63,908 bases of DNA from Candidatus Aminicenantes bacterium (GTDB lineage: Bacteria; Acidobacteriota; Aminicenantia; UBA2199): NCBI GenBank assembly GCA_016934475.1, contig JAFGST010000177.1, positions 1-63,908 of the forward strand, given 5' to 3'. The notes below the pieces were generated by a model. It ran no database searches. It saw nothing but the letters and a program-made list of their open reading frames with translations, and was not told where the DNA came from. A program made the translations under genes and the position numbers. This document shows positions 38,797 to 46,787 of the stretch, piece by piece. Numbering within the stretch: position 1 is the first letter of the stretch; every line of letters starts with the position of its first letter.

Positions 38797-39764
38797 GTTA
38801 CGCTCTCCTCGGCGTCGGCCGCGCCTTCCTCGCTTTCCAGGAAATAGTCATCGACGTGCTCGAGAAGCCAGCGTGTCTTGCGCTGGTTCAGGATGGCCAG
38901 CAGCCGGTTCTCCGGATTCTTCTCCGGGTCGATCGCCAGGGCCTGGTGCAGCAGCTTCTTGAATTCCTGGACGTTTTGTTCCTTGACCGTCACGGCCGTG
39001 GCCAGGGAAAGATACGGTGTGGCCGAGCGTCCCTGGGAAACAGCCAAGGCCTTCTCGAAGTGCTCGCGGGCTTTTTCCTTGCTCCCCCCCATGTATTCGG
39101 GTAGCGATCCATAGTAAAGAATGTAGAATTCGTGGATGACCCCGCCGCCGTAGTCCGGGTCCAACTCGTGCACGCGCTCGATCAGGGCGGCCGCCGCCGG
39201 CAGCGTCAGGCCCAGGTCCATGTCGAAGGGATCGATGGCGTAGGCCCCCAACCAGCCGGCCCCGGCCCAGTAGAGGAGCGGAAGATCTTTTTCGTTCGTG
39301 CGCTCCAGGATGGTGGTCTGATCGCGCTTGTGCAGGATCTGCTCGAAGCCGGGATATTTTCTTTCCAGGCCGGCGATGATGATGTCGCGACCGCGCAGGT
39401 ACAGGTTCTTGGCCCGCTTGTAGGCGAACTCCTGCTCGTGGTATTCCTCCTCGGGGAGCATGGTGGCCGGGGTCTGCAGGAAGGCGTTGGCGTACATGAT
39501 GTACAGGCTTCCCGTTTGTAGGCGCAATCCCTGGTGGCCGGGATTGGCGGCGAGGAGGGATTCGTACATCTTGATGGCGAAAGGCAACGCATCGGCGACG
39601 AGCTCGGGATCGTTGTCCCCGGTGAACACCGTGCTCGCCGAACCGCCGGTCAGGGCGTTGGCCACCTGGTTCAGTGCGAACTTCCTTACCGAGCAGGCCG
39701 GCAGGCAGAGCAGGGCCGGCAAAAGCAGGACAGCCACGGTGGATGGAACAGGTTTGCGTTTCAT
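38793..39764 (-). CDS. TRAP-associated TPR-like lipoprotein, TatT family
   Basis: 323 aa with a lipobox (LCLPAC). The sequence FALNQVANALTGG......F.GDNDPELV.DALPFAIKMYESLL matches my memory of the TatT family. It overlaps the dctP-like gene by 4 nt. Confidence 0.72.
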   Translation of the reverse strand: MKRKPVPSTVAVLLLPALLCLPACSVRKFALNQVANALTGGSASTVFTGDNDPELVADALPFAIKMYESLLAANPGHQGLRLQTGSLYIMYANAFLQTPATMLPEEEYHEQEFAYKRAKNLYLRGRDIIIAGLERKYPGFEQILHKRDQTTILERTNEKDLPLLYWAGAGWLGAYAIDPFDMDLGLTLPAAAALIERVHELDPDYGGGVIHEFYILYYGSLPEYMGGSKEKAREHFEKALAVSQGRSATPYLSLATAVTVKEQNVQEFKKLLHQALAIDPEKNPENRLLAILNQRKTRWLLEHVDDYFLESEEGAADAEESVT

Positions 39765-39851
39765 TTCTTCTCCAAAAGACTTGCCCTATTATACAATATT
39801 CCAGGCCGTTTGTAAGCGGGATGCTTGAGTTCCATCGGTGTCTGAATCCGC

Positions 39852-39955
39852 CTCCCAAGAGCCCCGTGCACGGCCAACGGGGATTCCGGGAGTCGCCGGG
39901 ACGGCAGCGACGCCCCAAGGCCTTGCGGCGGTTTGACCGTCTTGGGGAAAACCGG
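39852..39955 (+). promoter_or_regulatory. Candidate tandem-hairpin leader RNA upstream of nadA (possible nadA-motif / class I NAD+ riboswitch)
   Basis: Hairpin 1 (39852-39892) is CUCCC-AAGAG-CCCCGU-loop-ACGGGG-AUUCC-GGGAG and includes CAAGAGCCCC. Hairpin 2 (39913-39947) is CCCCAAG-loop-CUUGGGG, flanked by CCGG (39896-39899) and CCGG (39952-39955). No covariance model was run. Confidence 0.3.
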
Positions 39956-39961
39956 TACAAT
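39933..39961 (+). promoter_or_regulatory. Alternative reading of the same DNA: sigma70-type promoter of nadA
   Basis: TTGACC (39933-39938), 17-nt spacer, TACAAT (39956-39961). This conflicts with hairpin 2 of the candidate leader RNA, so only one reading can be the main one. Confidence 0.4.
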
Positions 39962-39978
39962 CGTTGCCAGAGCAACCG

Positions 39979-40893
39979 ATGAATGAATTCCTCGACCTGA
40001 AGCGCGAGATCCGCGAGCTGAAGACCAGTAAAAACGCCGTCATCCTGGCCCACAACTACCAGGTCGAAGAAGTCCAGCTCGCCGCCGATTTCCTGGGCGA
40101 TTCGCTGGAGTTGAGCCGGAAGGCGGCCTCTGCCAGCCAGGCCGTCATCGTTTTCGCCGGCGTGAAATTCATGGCCGAGACCGCCAAGATCCTGTCCCCG
40201 GGCAAGCAGGTGCTGCTGCCGCGCCTGGATGCCGGCTGCCCGATGGCCGACATGATCACGGTCGACGAGCTCCGCGAGCTGAAGGCCCGCCACCCCGGCG
40301 CCCCGGTCGTCACCTATGTGAACTCCGCGGCCGAGATCAAGGCGGAAAGCGATGTGTGCTGCACGTCCTCCAATGCCGTCGAGGTCGTCCGCAGCATCCC
40401 GGCCGCCGAGATCGTTTTTGTCCCCGACCGCAACCTGGGAAGCTACGTGCAGAAGAAGCTGCCCGGGAAAACGATCCACCTGTTCGAGGGATACTGCTAT
40501 GTTCACCAGCGCATCAGGAGGGAGGAGGTCGAGGCCATGCGCGCCGCGCATCCGCGGGCCAAGGTCATCGTCCACCCGGAAGTGACCCCGGAGGTCATGG
40601 CCGTCGCCGACGAGATCCTCTCCACCAGCGGGATGCTGCGCTATGCCGAAAGCTCGCCAGCCGAAGAGTATATTGTCGCCACCGAACAGGGCTTGCTGCA
40701 GAGGATGGCCAGGGAGAACCCGGGGAAGAAATTCATTCCCGCCGGCAGCCCCAGGATCTGCAGCAACATGAAGCGGACGACTCTGGGGGACGTCTACGAT
40801 TCCCTGCGCCTGGAGCGCTATGAGATCGAGCTCGCCGCCGACGTCATGGAGCGGGCTGGCAGGGCCCTGCGGGCCATGATACAATACGGCTAA
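39979..40893 (+). CDS. nadA: Quinolinate synthase
   Basis: Begins MNEFLDLKREIRELK..NAVILAHNYQ, with later conserved Cys residues. The start may be ATG 39979 or the track TTG at 39964. Confidence 0.92.
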   Translation: MNEFLDLKREIRELKTSKNAVILAHNYQVEEVQLAADFLGDSLELSRKAASASQAVIVFAGVKFMAETAKILSPGKQVLLPRLDAGCPMADMITVDELRELKARHPGAPVVTYVNSAAEIKAESDVCCTSSNAVEVVRSIPAAEIVFVPDRNLGSYVQKKLPGKTIHLFEGYCYVHQRIRREEVEAMRAAHPRAKVIVHPEVTPEVMAVADEILSTSGMLRYAESSPAEEYIVATEQGLLQRMARENPGKKFIPAGSPRICSNMKRTTLGDVYDSLRLERYEIELAADVMERAGRALRAMIQYG

Positions 40894-40901
40894 GGAGTCC
40901 C

Positions 40902-41135
40902 ATGGAATGGAAGAAAAAGGTCGCCGCGGTGATAGAGAAGGTCCGTCCCGCCCTGCAGGGCGATGGGGGTGACATCGAGTTGGTCGGCGTGCTGGAAGCG
41001 GAGCGGGCGGTCCTGGTCCGCCTCAAGGGCCACTGCTTGGGCTGCCCGATGAGCACCTTCACCATCAAGGGCTACGTGGAACAGGTGATGAGGCAGGAGA
41101 TCCCGGAGATCGCCGAGGTCCGGCTGGTCAAATAG
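40902..41135 (+). CDS. NifU-like (Nfu-type) Fe-S cluster carrier domain protein
   Basis: 77 aa with LQGDGGDIELVGV and the CxxC motif GHCLGCPMS. It starts 9 nt after nadA. Confidence 0.85.
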   Translation: MEWKKKVAAVIEKVRPALQGDGGDIELVGVLEAERAVLVRLKGHCLGCPMSTFTIKGYVEQVMRQEIPEIAEVRLVK

Positions 41136-41145
41136 ATGAAGATCC

Positions 41146-42645
41146 GTGGCGGCGCCCTGGTCCCGGGCCCAGGACGATGAATTGACCCTCTGGCACCGCA
41201 GCAGTCGCCTTCTATTGTTGCTGCCGCTCCTGGCCTTTGCCGGGGAAAGGGGAACGCTGCGCATCGCCTGTTTTGATTTTCCCCGCTCGTTCAATCCGGT
41301 CTATGCCACCAACGAGACCTCCCAGGCGATCGCGAACAAGGTCTACCAGTCCCTGTTCTTTTTCGATCGCCGGGGAGAGGTGCGCCCCGAGCTGGTGGAA
41401 TCCTTTAGCTGGGACGAAGATCGCCTGGAGATCACGCTGCAGCTGAAGCGGGGAACGCGATTCGCCGACGGCTCCCCCCTGGGCAGCCGGGATGTCGTGG
41501 CCACGGTGGGCCTGCTGAAGGACCCGCGCTACGACTATCCCTATCTTTCCGACCTGGATTTTCTGAGGAAGATCGAGGCGACCGGTCCGCTGACCCTGCG
41601 CCTCACCCTGAAGGGCAGGTTCGCTCCCTGGAAGAACTACCTGACCTTCAAGATCCTACACACCGCCGACGTTGAGGGCCTGACGGCTGACGAATTCCGG
41701 CGCCGCGTCCCCCAGGGCAGCGGGCCGTACCGCCTGGACGTCGTGCACGAGCCGTGGGTTTTCGAGCTCCGACGGAATCCCCATTGGCCGCGCCCCCTTT
41801 CCTACGATCGGATCCGTTACACCGTTCTCGGCGAATCACGGCAGGCGCCCCTGAAGCTGATGAACGCCGAGGTTGACGCCGTCGAGATCTCGGCTGATGA
41901 CGCCAGGAGCTACGGCAGGGTGAGGGCTTGGCGCGAGCGCTTTCGCCTGCTGGCCTATAAGAAATTCGGCTACACGTACCTGGTGTTCAATGTGAGGAAC
42001 CCGCGGATCGACGAGAGACTGAGACGGGTCGTCTACAACAAGCTGCTGACGACCCGCTTCCTGGACGACTTCTTGCAGGGGATGGGCGAGAGGGTTTTCT
42101 CGTCGTTTCTGCTCCTTTCCTCCGCGCTTCCGCCTCGGCCCTTGGTCGTGGAGCCGCTTACGGAAAAGCGGCGGCTGCGCATCCTGGCCAACGGCGAATC
42201 GGTCGTGCGCAAGCAACTGGTCCTCTTTTTATGCGAGGAGATGAAGGACTGCCAGATCGAGCTGCATCCGGAGTTCGTCGAATACCAGATGTTCCTGCAG
42301 CGCCTGAAGAAGGGGGATTTCGACCTAGCCGTATCGGCGTTCCTCCTGGATATGGACTGGAACATGAAGGATGTCCTCTCCTCCGCGGGCTATTTCAACT
42401 ACGCCGGCTACTCCTCTCCGGAGATGGACGCCGTCCTGGAGGCGGGTCTGCGCGAGATGGACGAGGCGAAGCGGCGGGGAATATACCGGAGGGCCCACGA
42501 GCTGTGGCGGGAAGACCTGCCGCTGATCCCGCTCTTCAGCCTGAATTACTACATGGGACTGGCGCGGTCGATCACGCCCCCCCGGGAGCGCTTTGAGCTG
42601 ATCGGCTCCTGCGGCGATTTTTTCTATCACCTGCAGGGCTGGTAG
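41146..42645 (+). CDS. ABC transporter substrate-binding protein, family 5 (peptide/nickel type)
   Basis: About 499 aa with a signal-like LLLLLPLLAFAG and a family-5 layout (SGPYRL, NPHWP). No cognate permease or ATPase gene is adjacent. The start codon is uncertain (GTG 41146 or a downstream TTG). Confidence 0.8.
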   Translation: MAAPWSRAQDDELTLWHRSSRLLLLLPLLAFAGERGTLRIACFDFPRSFNPVYATNETSQAIANKVYQSLFFFDRRGEVRPELVESFSWDEDRLEITLQLKRGTRFADGSPLGSRDVVATVGLLKDPRYDYPYLSDLDFLRKIEATGPLTLRLTLKGRFAPWKNYLTFKILHTADVEGLTADEFRRRVPQGSGPYRLDVVHEPWVFELRRNPHWPRPLSYDRIRYTVLGESRQAPLKLMNAEVDAVEISADDARSYGRVRAWRERFRLLAYKKFGYTYLVFNVRNPRIDERLRRVVYNKLLTTRFLDDFLQGMGERVFSSFLLLSSALPPRPLVVEPLTEKRRLRILANGESVVRKQLVLFLCEEMKDCQIELHPEFVEYQMFLQRLKKGDFDLAVSAFLLDMDWNMKDVLSSAGYFNYAGYSSPEMDAVLEAGLREMDEAKRRGIYRRAHELWREDLPLIPLFSLNYYMGLARSITPPRERFELIGSCGDFFYHLQGW

Positions 42646-44137
42646 GCGGCCGTTTTTTCCCCGGCAGCGATCCAAGCAACCAGCCGAGGACCAGCAGCAG
42701 GCAGGCATAAGGAAAAAGATAGCCCCAGCGGGTGAAAAAGGTCTTCCGGTCCAGGTACTGGAAACGGGCCAGGAACTCCCGTTGGCTGCGTAGCGGCACG
42801 CGGCGCACGATGCGGCCGGCGGGATCGACCAGGGCCGAGATGCCGTTGGACGTCGAGCGCAACAGCCAGCGGCGGTTCTCCACGCTGCGCAGTGTTGCCA
42901 TGGCCAGGTGCTGGCGCGGGGCCGACGTATCCCCAAACCAGGAGTCGTTGGAAAGGGTCACGATCGCCTCTCCCCCCCGGTCGATCATGGAGCGGACCAG
43001 CTCCGGATAGATGATCTCGTAGCAGACCGGCGTCGACAGCCGGTGCCCGTTCAGGGCCAGGTTGTGGATCTCGGCTCCGGGGGTGAAGTCGCCGATCTCG
43101 TCGGTGATCTTTCTGACGAAGAATAGCCAGCGCCGGAACGGAATATACTCCCCGAAGGGGGTCAGGTGCACCTTGTCGTAGGTCTCGATCCCGCCCTTGT
43201 GGAACAGCATGACCGAGTTGAACACGCCCGCGGAGCCCCGCTGATCGGTGAAGCCGGCCAGCAGCGGAGCGTGCCAGCGAGCGAAGTGGGTGAACTGCTC
43301 CTTGTAGTACGGGGATTGCCGGGGATAGATCGGCACGGTGAACTCGGGCCATACCACGAATTCGGCTCCGTCCCGGGCCAGCTCGCCGGAAACGCCAAAG
43401 AGGCGATCCAGCGTTGCCTGCGTCCGGGTAAAGTAGAAGGGCCGGTCGTGATCGCTGTTGGGCTGGACAATCCCCGCAAGGTGCTCCGCCTCGGCGGCAC
43501 GCCGGGCTTCGCTGTTCCGCAGCAGCAGGAATCCACCGGCGTGGACGACAACGAGAAAGGCCGCCAGCGCCAGGACATTCTTCCTCTTCCTGCGCTTGAG
43601 CAGCAGGTAAAAAAGGATGTTGGCGGCGATAAGCAGGAATGTGAGCAGATGGATGCCGCCGAGCTCGGCCCACTGGATGAACCAAGTGTTGCGGTACTGG
43701 GAATAGCCCGCCAGGCACCAGGGGAAGCCGCTGATGATCTTCTCGATGAACAGGTCCTTGGCCACCCAGAGCGTCGGGATCCAGAAGGCGGCGGCGAAGC
43801 CGGCCCCGCCGGAGGCCGCCCGGGCGATCAGCACACCGGCCAGGCCGGCGATCAGCGACAGAAATGCGGCCAGGCTGGCCAGGCCGACGATGCCCAGAAG
43901 CCAGGTCGTGCCGCCATAGGTGACCATGACTCGCGGGATCCAGTACAGGAGGATCAGGTAGGAGACAAAGGAGAAACAGAAAAAAATCCGCATGCAGGAG
44001 CCCGGGGTTCTCCCCTCAACCGCCCGCAGCAGCGGCAGCAGGAACACGAAGGCCAGCGGGAACAGGCCCGCTTTCGGAAAGGACAGGCCGTAAAGGAGGG
44101 CGGCCGCCGTCCAAAGCGCCGCCCGTGGAGTCCTCAA
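42572..44137 (-). CDS. lnt: Apolipoprotein N-acyltransferase
   Basis: 521 aa with an N-terminal polytopic region and a CN-hydrolase domain (VVWPEFTVP...). Its 3' end overlaps the convergent SBP gene by 74 nt. Confidence 0.88.
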   Translation of the reverse strand: MRTPRAALWTAAALLYGLSFPKAGLFPLAFVFLLPLLRAVEGRTPGSCMRIFFCFSFVSYLILLYWIPRVMVTYGGTTWLLGIVGLASLAAFLSLIAGLAGVLIARAASGGAGFAAAFWIPTLWVAKDLFIEKIISGFPWCLAGYSQYRNTWFIQWAELGGIHLLTFLLIAANILFYLLLKRRKRKNVLALAAFLVVVHAGGFLLLRNSEARRAAEAEHLAGIVQPNSDHDRPFYFTRTQATLDRLFGVSGELARDGAEFVVWPEFTVPIYPRQSPYYKEQFTHFARWHAPLLAGFTDQRGSAGVFNSVMLFHKGGIETYDKVHLTPFGEYIPFRRWLFFVRKITDEIGDFTPGAEIHNLALNGHRLSTPVCYEIIYPELVRSMIDRGGEAIVTLSNDSWFGDTSAPRQHLAMATLRSVENRRWLLRSTSNGISALVDPAGRIVRRVPLRSQREFLARFQYLDRKTFFTRWGYLFPYACLLLVLGWLLGSLPGKKRPPTSPAGDRKNRRRSRSAQSAPGGA

Positions 44138-44670
44138 CGCGACTTCTTGATCGTGAATTTGCTCTTCTCCAGGCTTTCCAGCTTGGTCTTCTCCGCCTGG
44201 GCTTCGGCCAGGGAGGCAAAGTTGCCCACCTGAACGGTGTGTAGTTTCTTCTGGTTATCGGTGATGATCGCGGCCTGGTATCCAAGGCTGGTGAACTTGC
44301 GGCTGCAGCGCTGGGCGTTGGCGAACTCGGCAAAGGCTCCCACCTGGATAGTGTATCTGACCTGGACCTCGGCCGGCTTGGGTTCGGGAGCCGGGACTTC
44401 CTTCCGGGCCTGTTCCTGGTGCAGCTGCATTTCCCGCGGGATGGAACGGCCGGGCTCGGCCGTTTTCAGCGGTTTTTCGTCCACGACCTGCAGCTCGCCG
44501 CCGGCGGCGGGCAGGTCCGCCTCGTTGGCGATCACCGTGCGCGGATCGCTTCGGCGCTGGCCGGCCTTGTAGCCCATGTAGAAAAGGAAGATGCCGATGG
44601 CCATGACGGCGACCAGGAAAACCACGATGTGGACGAAGGTGATCTTGAACTCGAAATAGGTCCTTTCCAT
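44134..44670 (-). CDS. SPOR domain-containing membrane protein
   Basis: 178 aa with one TM and a C-terminal SPOR-like repeat (YTIQVGAF.....A......L...GY.A.I.......H.VQVGNF.S..EA). It overlaps lnt by 4 nt. Confidence 0.75.
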   Translation of the reverse strand: MERTYFEFKITFVHIVVFLVAVMAIGIFLFYMGYKAGQRRSDPRTVIANEADLPAAGGELQVVDEKPLKTAEPGRSIPREMQLHQEQARKEVPAPEPKPAEVQVRYTIQVGAFAEFANAQRCSRKFTSLGYQAAIITDNQKKLHTVQVGNFASLAEAQAEKTKLESLEKSKFTIKKSR

Positions 44671-45426
44671 TTACTTCTTTTCGAACAGTCCTTTCATCAG
44701 ATCGATCGGCATGGGAAACACGATGGTAGTGGAATTCTCGGCCCCGATCTCCACCAGGGTCTGCAAATACCGCAGCTGCAGGGTGGTATCGTTTTTCGAC
44801 ATGGTGTTGGCCGCTTCCAGCAGCTTGGCCGACGCCTGGTTTTCGCCTTCGGCGTGGATGATCTTGGCTCGGCGTTCTCTCTCGGCCTCGGCCTGCTTGG
44901 CCATCGCCCGCTGCATCTCCTGGGGAAGGTCGACGTGCTTGATCTCCACCATGGACACCTTGATGCCCCAGGGATCGGTGTGCTCGTCGATGATCGTCTG
45001 CAGCCGGGAATTCAGCTTGTCCCTTTCGCCGAGCAGCTCGTCCAGGTCGGCCTGTCCCAGCACGGAGCGCAGCGTCGTCTGCGAGAGCTGCGAGGTGGCG
45101 TACAGGTAGTCCTGGACTTCGATGACCGCCTTTTTCGGTTCGATGACGCGGAAGTAGACCACGGCGTTCACCTTGACCGAGACGTTGTCGCGGGTAATGA
45201 TGTCCTGCGGCGGGACGTCCAGGACGATGGTGCGCAAGCCGATGCGCACCAGCTTGTCGATGGGCGACAGCACCAGGATCAGTCCCGGCCCCTTGGGCGC
45301 TTCCAGGACGCGGCCCAGGCGGAAGATGACACCTCTTTCGTATTCCTTCAGGACCTTGATCCAGCTTAAAATGAGGAAAACGACCACCACGGCCACGACC
45401 AGCATCGGGCTGGACATAATATTCAT
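44671..45426 (-). CDS. SPFH/band-7 (stomatin-like) protein
   Basis: 251 aa with an N-terminal TM and SPFH core ([12 protein letters not shown]...[22 protein letters not shown]). Its stop abuts the SPOR gene start. Confidence 0.9.
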   Translation of the reverse strand: MNIMSSPMLVVAVVVVFLILSWIKVLKEYERGVIFRLGRVLEAPKGPGLILVLSPIDKLVRIGLRTIVLDVPPQDIITRDNVSVKVNAVVYFRVIEPKKAVIEVQDYLYATSQLSQTTLRSVLGQADLDELLGERDKLNSRLQTIIDEHTDPWGIKVSMVEIKHVDLPQEMQRAMAKQAEAERERRAKIIHAEGENQASAKLLEAANTMSKNDTTLQLRYLQTLVEIGAENSTTIVFPMPIDLMKGLFEKK

Positions 45427-45427
45427 T

Positions 45428-46702
45428 TTACCCTCCTGACTTGGTTACCTTCAGCACCAGGTTGTCCATGGACTCGACCCGAACCCGGGTCCCGGTCGGG
45501 ATCAGGCCGTCGGCCACTGCGTTCCACCATTCGCCATGGATGAAGACCTTTCCTTGATGGTTGTCGATGTCGGTTTTGGCGACGCCGGTTTCGCCGATGA
45601 GACCTTCGCTGCCCGTCTCCTTCTTTCGTCTCATGGCCTGATACACCTTCATGGTCAAGAACAGCAGGACACAGGCGAAGCACAGGGCGAAGCTGATGAT
45701 CATGGGCATGGCCGGCCTCATTTCCGGGATGGGCGAATTGATCAGCATGACCGATCCCAGTATGAACGAGATGATTCCCCCGATCCCCAGGATGCCGAAT
45801 CCCTGGACCTTGATCTCGGCGATGAAAAACCCGATCGAGAGGAGGATGAGAAATAGCCCGACATAGTTGATCGGCAGGATCTGGAAGGCCAGGAAGGCCA
45901 GCAGCAGGGAGATGCCGCCCAGGATGCCGGGGATCACTCCGCCCGGGTGGGTGAATTCGATGTACAGGCCGATCAGGCCGAAAATCAGAAGGAAATAGGC
46001 CAGGCTGGGATTGGTGATCGTGCGCAGGAATTTTTGCCTGGCGCTCATTTCCAGCGCAATGATCCTTTCCTTTTCCAGCTCCAGCGTGGTTTCGCCGCCG
46101 TCGGCCCTGGCGAGGGTCTTGCCCTGCAGGCGTCCGACGAGCTCCCGGGTGTCGGCGGCGATCAGGTCGATCAGTCCGCCCTTCAGGCATTCCTCCGCCG
46201 TGTAGGAGCGGCTTTCGCTGACCGCTTTCTCGGACATCTCCATGTTGCGCCGGCGGTTCTTGGCCAGGCTCTTGACATAGGAGACGGCGTCGTTGGTCAC
46301 CTTCTCCTTCATGGTCTTTTCGATCTCGCTGCCGGTGACCGAGACGGGATGGGCGGCGCCGGTGTTGGTCCCGGGCGCCATGGCGGCGACATCGGCCGCC
46401 AGCAGGATAAAGAATCCGGCCGAGGCGGCGCGTGCTCCCCGCGGCGAGACGTAGACCGCGACGGGGACGCCCGTATTCAGCATGGCCTTGATGATGACCC
46501 TCATCGAGGTATCGAAGCCGCCCGGGGTGTCGATCTCGATGATGACCAGGCGGGCATTGCCCCGCTGGCCGATATCCTTCAGCGAGTGGACGGCGTACTC
46601 CTCCAGGAGTGGATCGATCGGACCCTCGAAGCGCAGGGTGTAGATCTCGGCGCCCATTCCAAGGGGGAGAAGGAGCCAGAGGAAGGCCAGAAGCTTTTTC
46701 AT
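45428..46702 (-). CDS. NfeD-family membrane-bound ClpP-class serine protease (long form)
   Basis: 424 aa with a signal peptide, a ClpP-like domain (IEIDTPGG...ASAG), a TM block and a C-terminal OB (NfeD) domain. It ends 1 nt upstream of the SPFH gene. Confidence 0.88.
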   Translation of the reverse strand: MKKLLAFLWLLLPLGMGAEIYTLRFEGPIDPLLEEYAVHSLKDIGQRGNARLVIIEIDTPGGFDTSMRVIIKAMLNTGVPVAVYVSPRGARAASAGFFILLAADVAAMAPGTNTGAAHPVSVTGSEIEKTMKEKVTNDAVSYVKSLAKNRRRNMEMSEKAVSESRSYTAEECLKGGLIDLIAADTRELVGRLQGKTLARADGGETTLELEKERIIALEMSARQKFLRTITNPSLAYFLLIFGLIGLYIEFTHPGGVIPGILGGISLLLAFLAFQILPINYVGLFLILLSIGFFIAEIKVQGFGILGIGGIISFILGSVMLINSPIPEMRPAMPMIISFALCFACVLLFLTMKVYQAMRRKKETGSEGLIGETGVAKTDIDNHQGKVFIHGEWWNAVADGLIPTGTRVRVESMDNLVLKVTKSGG

Positions 46703-46708
46703 GAAGAA

Positions 46709-46737
46709 ATTATAGATGAAAGAGAATTAAAAAGCAA
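46709..46737 (-). promoter_or_regulatory. Predicted promoter of nfeD (leaderless geometry)
   Basis: Read on the minus strand: TTGCTT (46737-46732), 17-nt spacer, TATAAT (46714-46709). The -10 hexamer ends 6 nt before ATG 46702. Confidence 0.45.
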
Positions 46738-46787
46738 ACCCCGCGCTTGGGCGGCGGACATCGGCGATGGATCCGCCGACGATGCCT

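Noticed and set aside
38848-40884. 678-aa minus-strand ORF spanning antisense nadA, the intergenic region and an alternative frame of the TatT gene
   Set aside because: It is Arg, Gly and Pro-rich off-frame sequence. It crosses two well-supported genes and a promoter region, and shows no domain signal.
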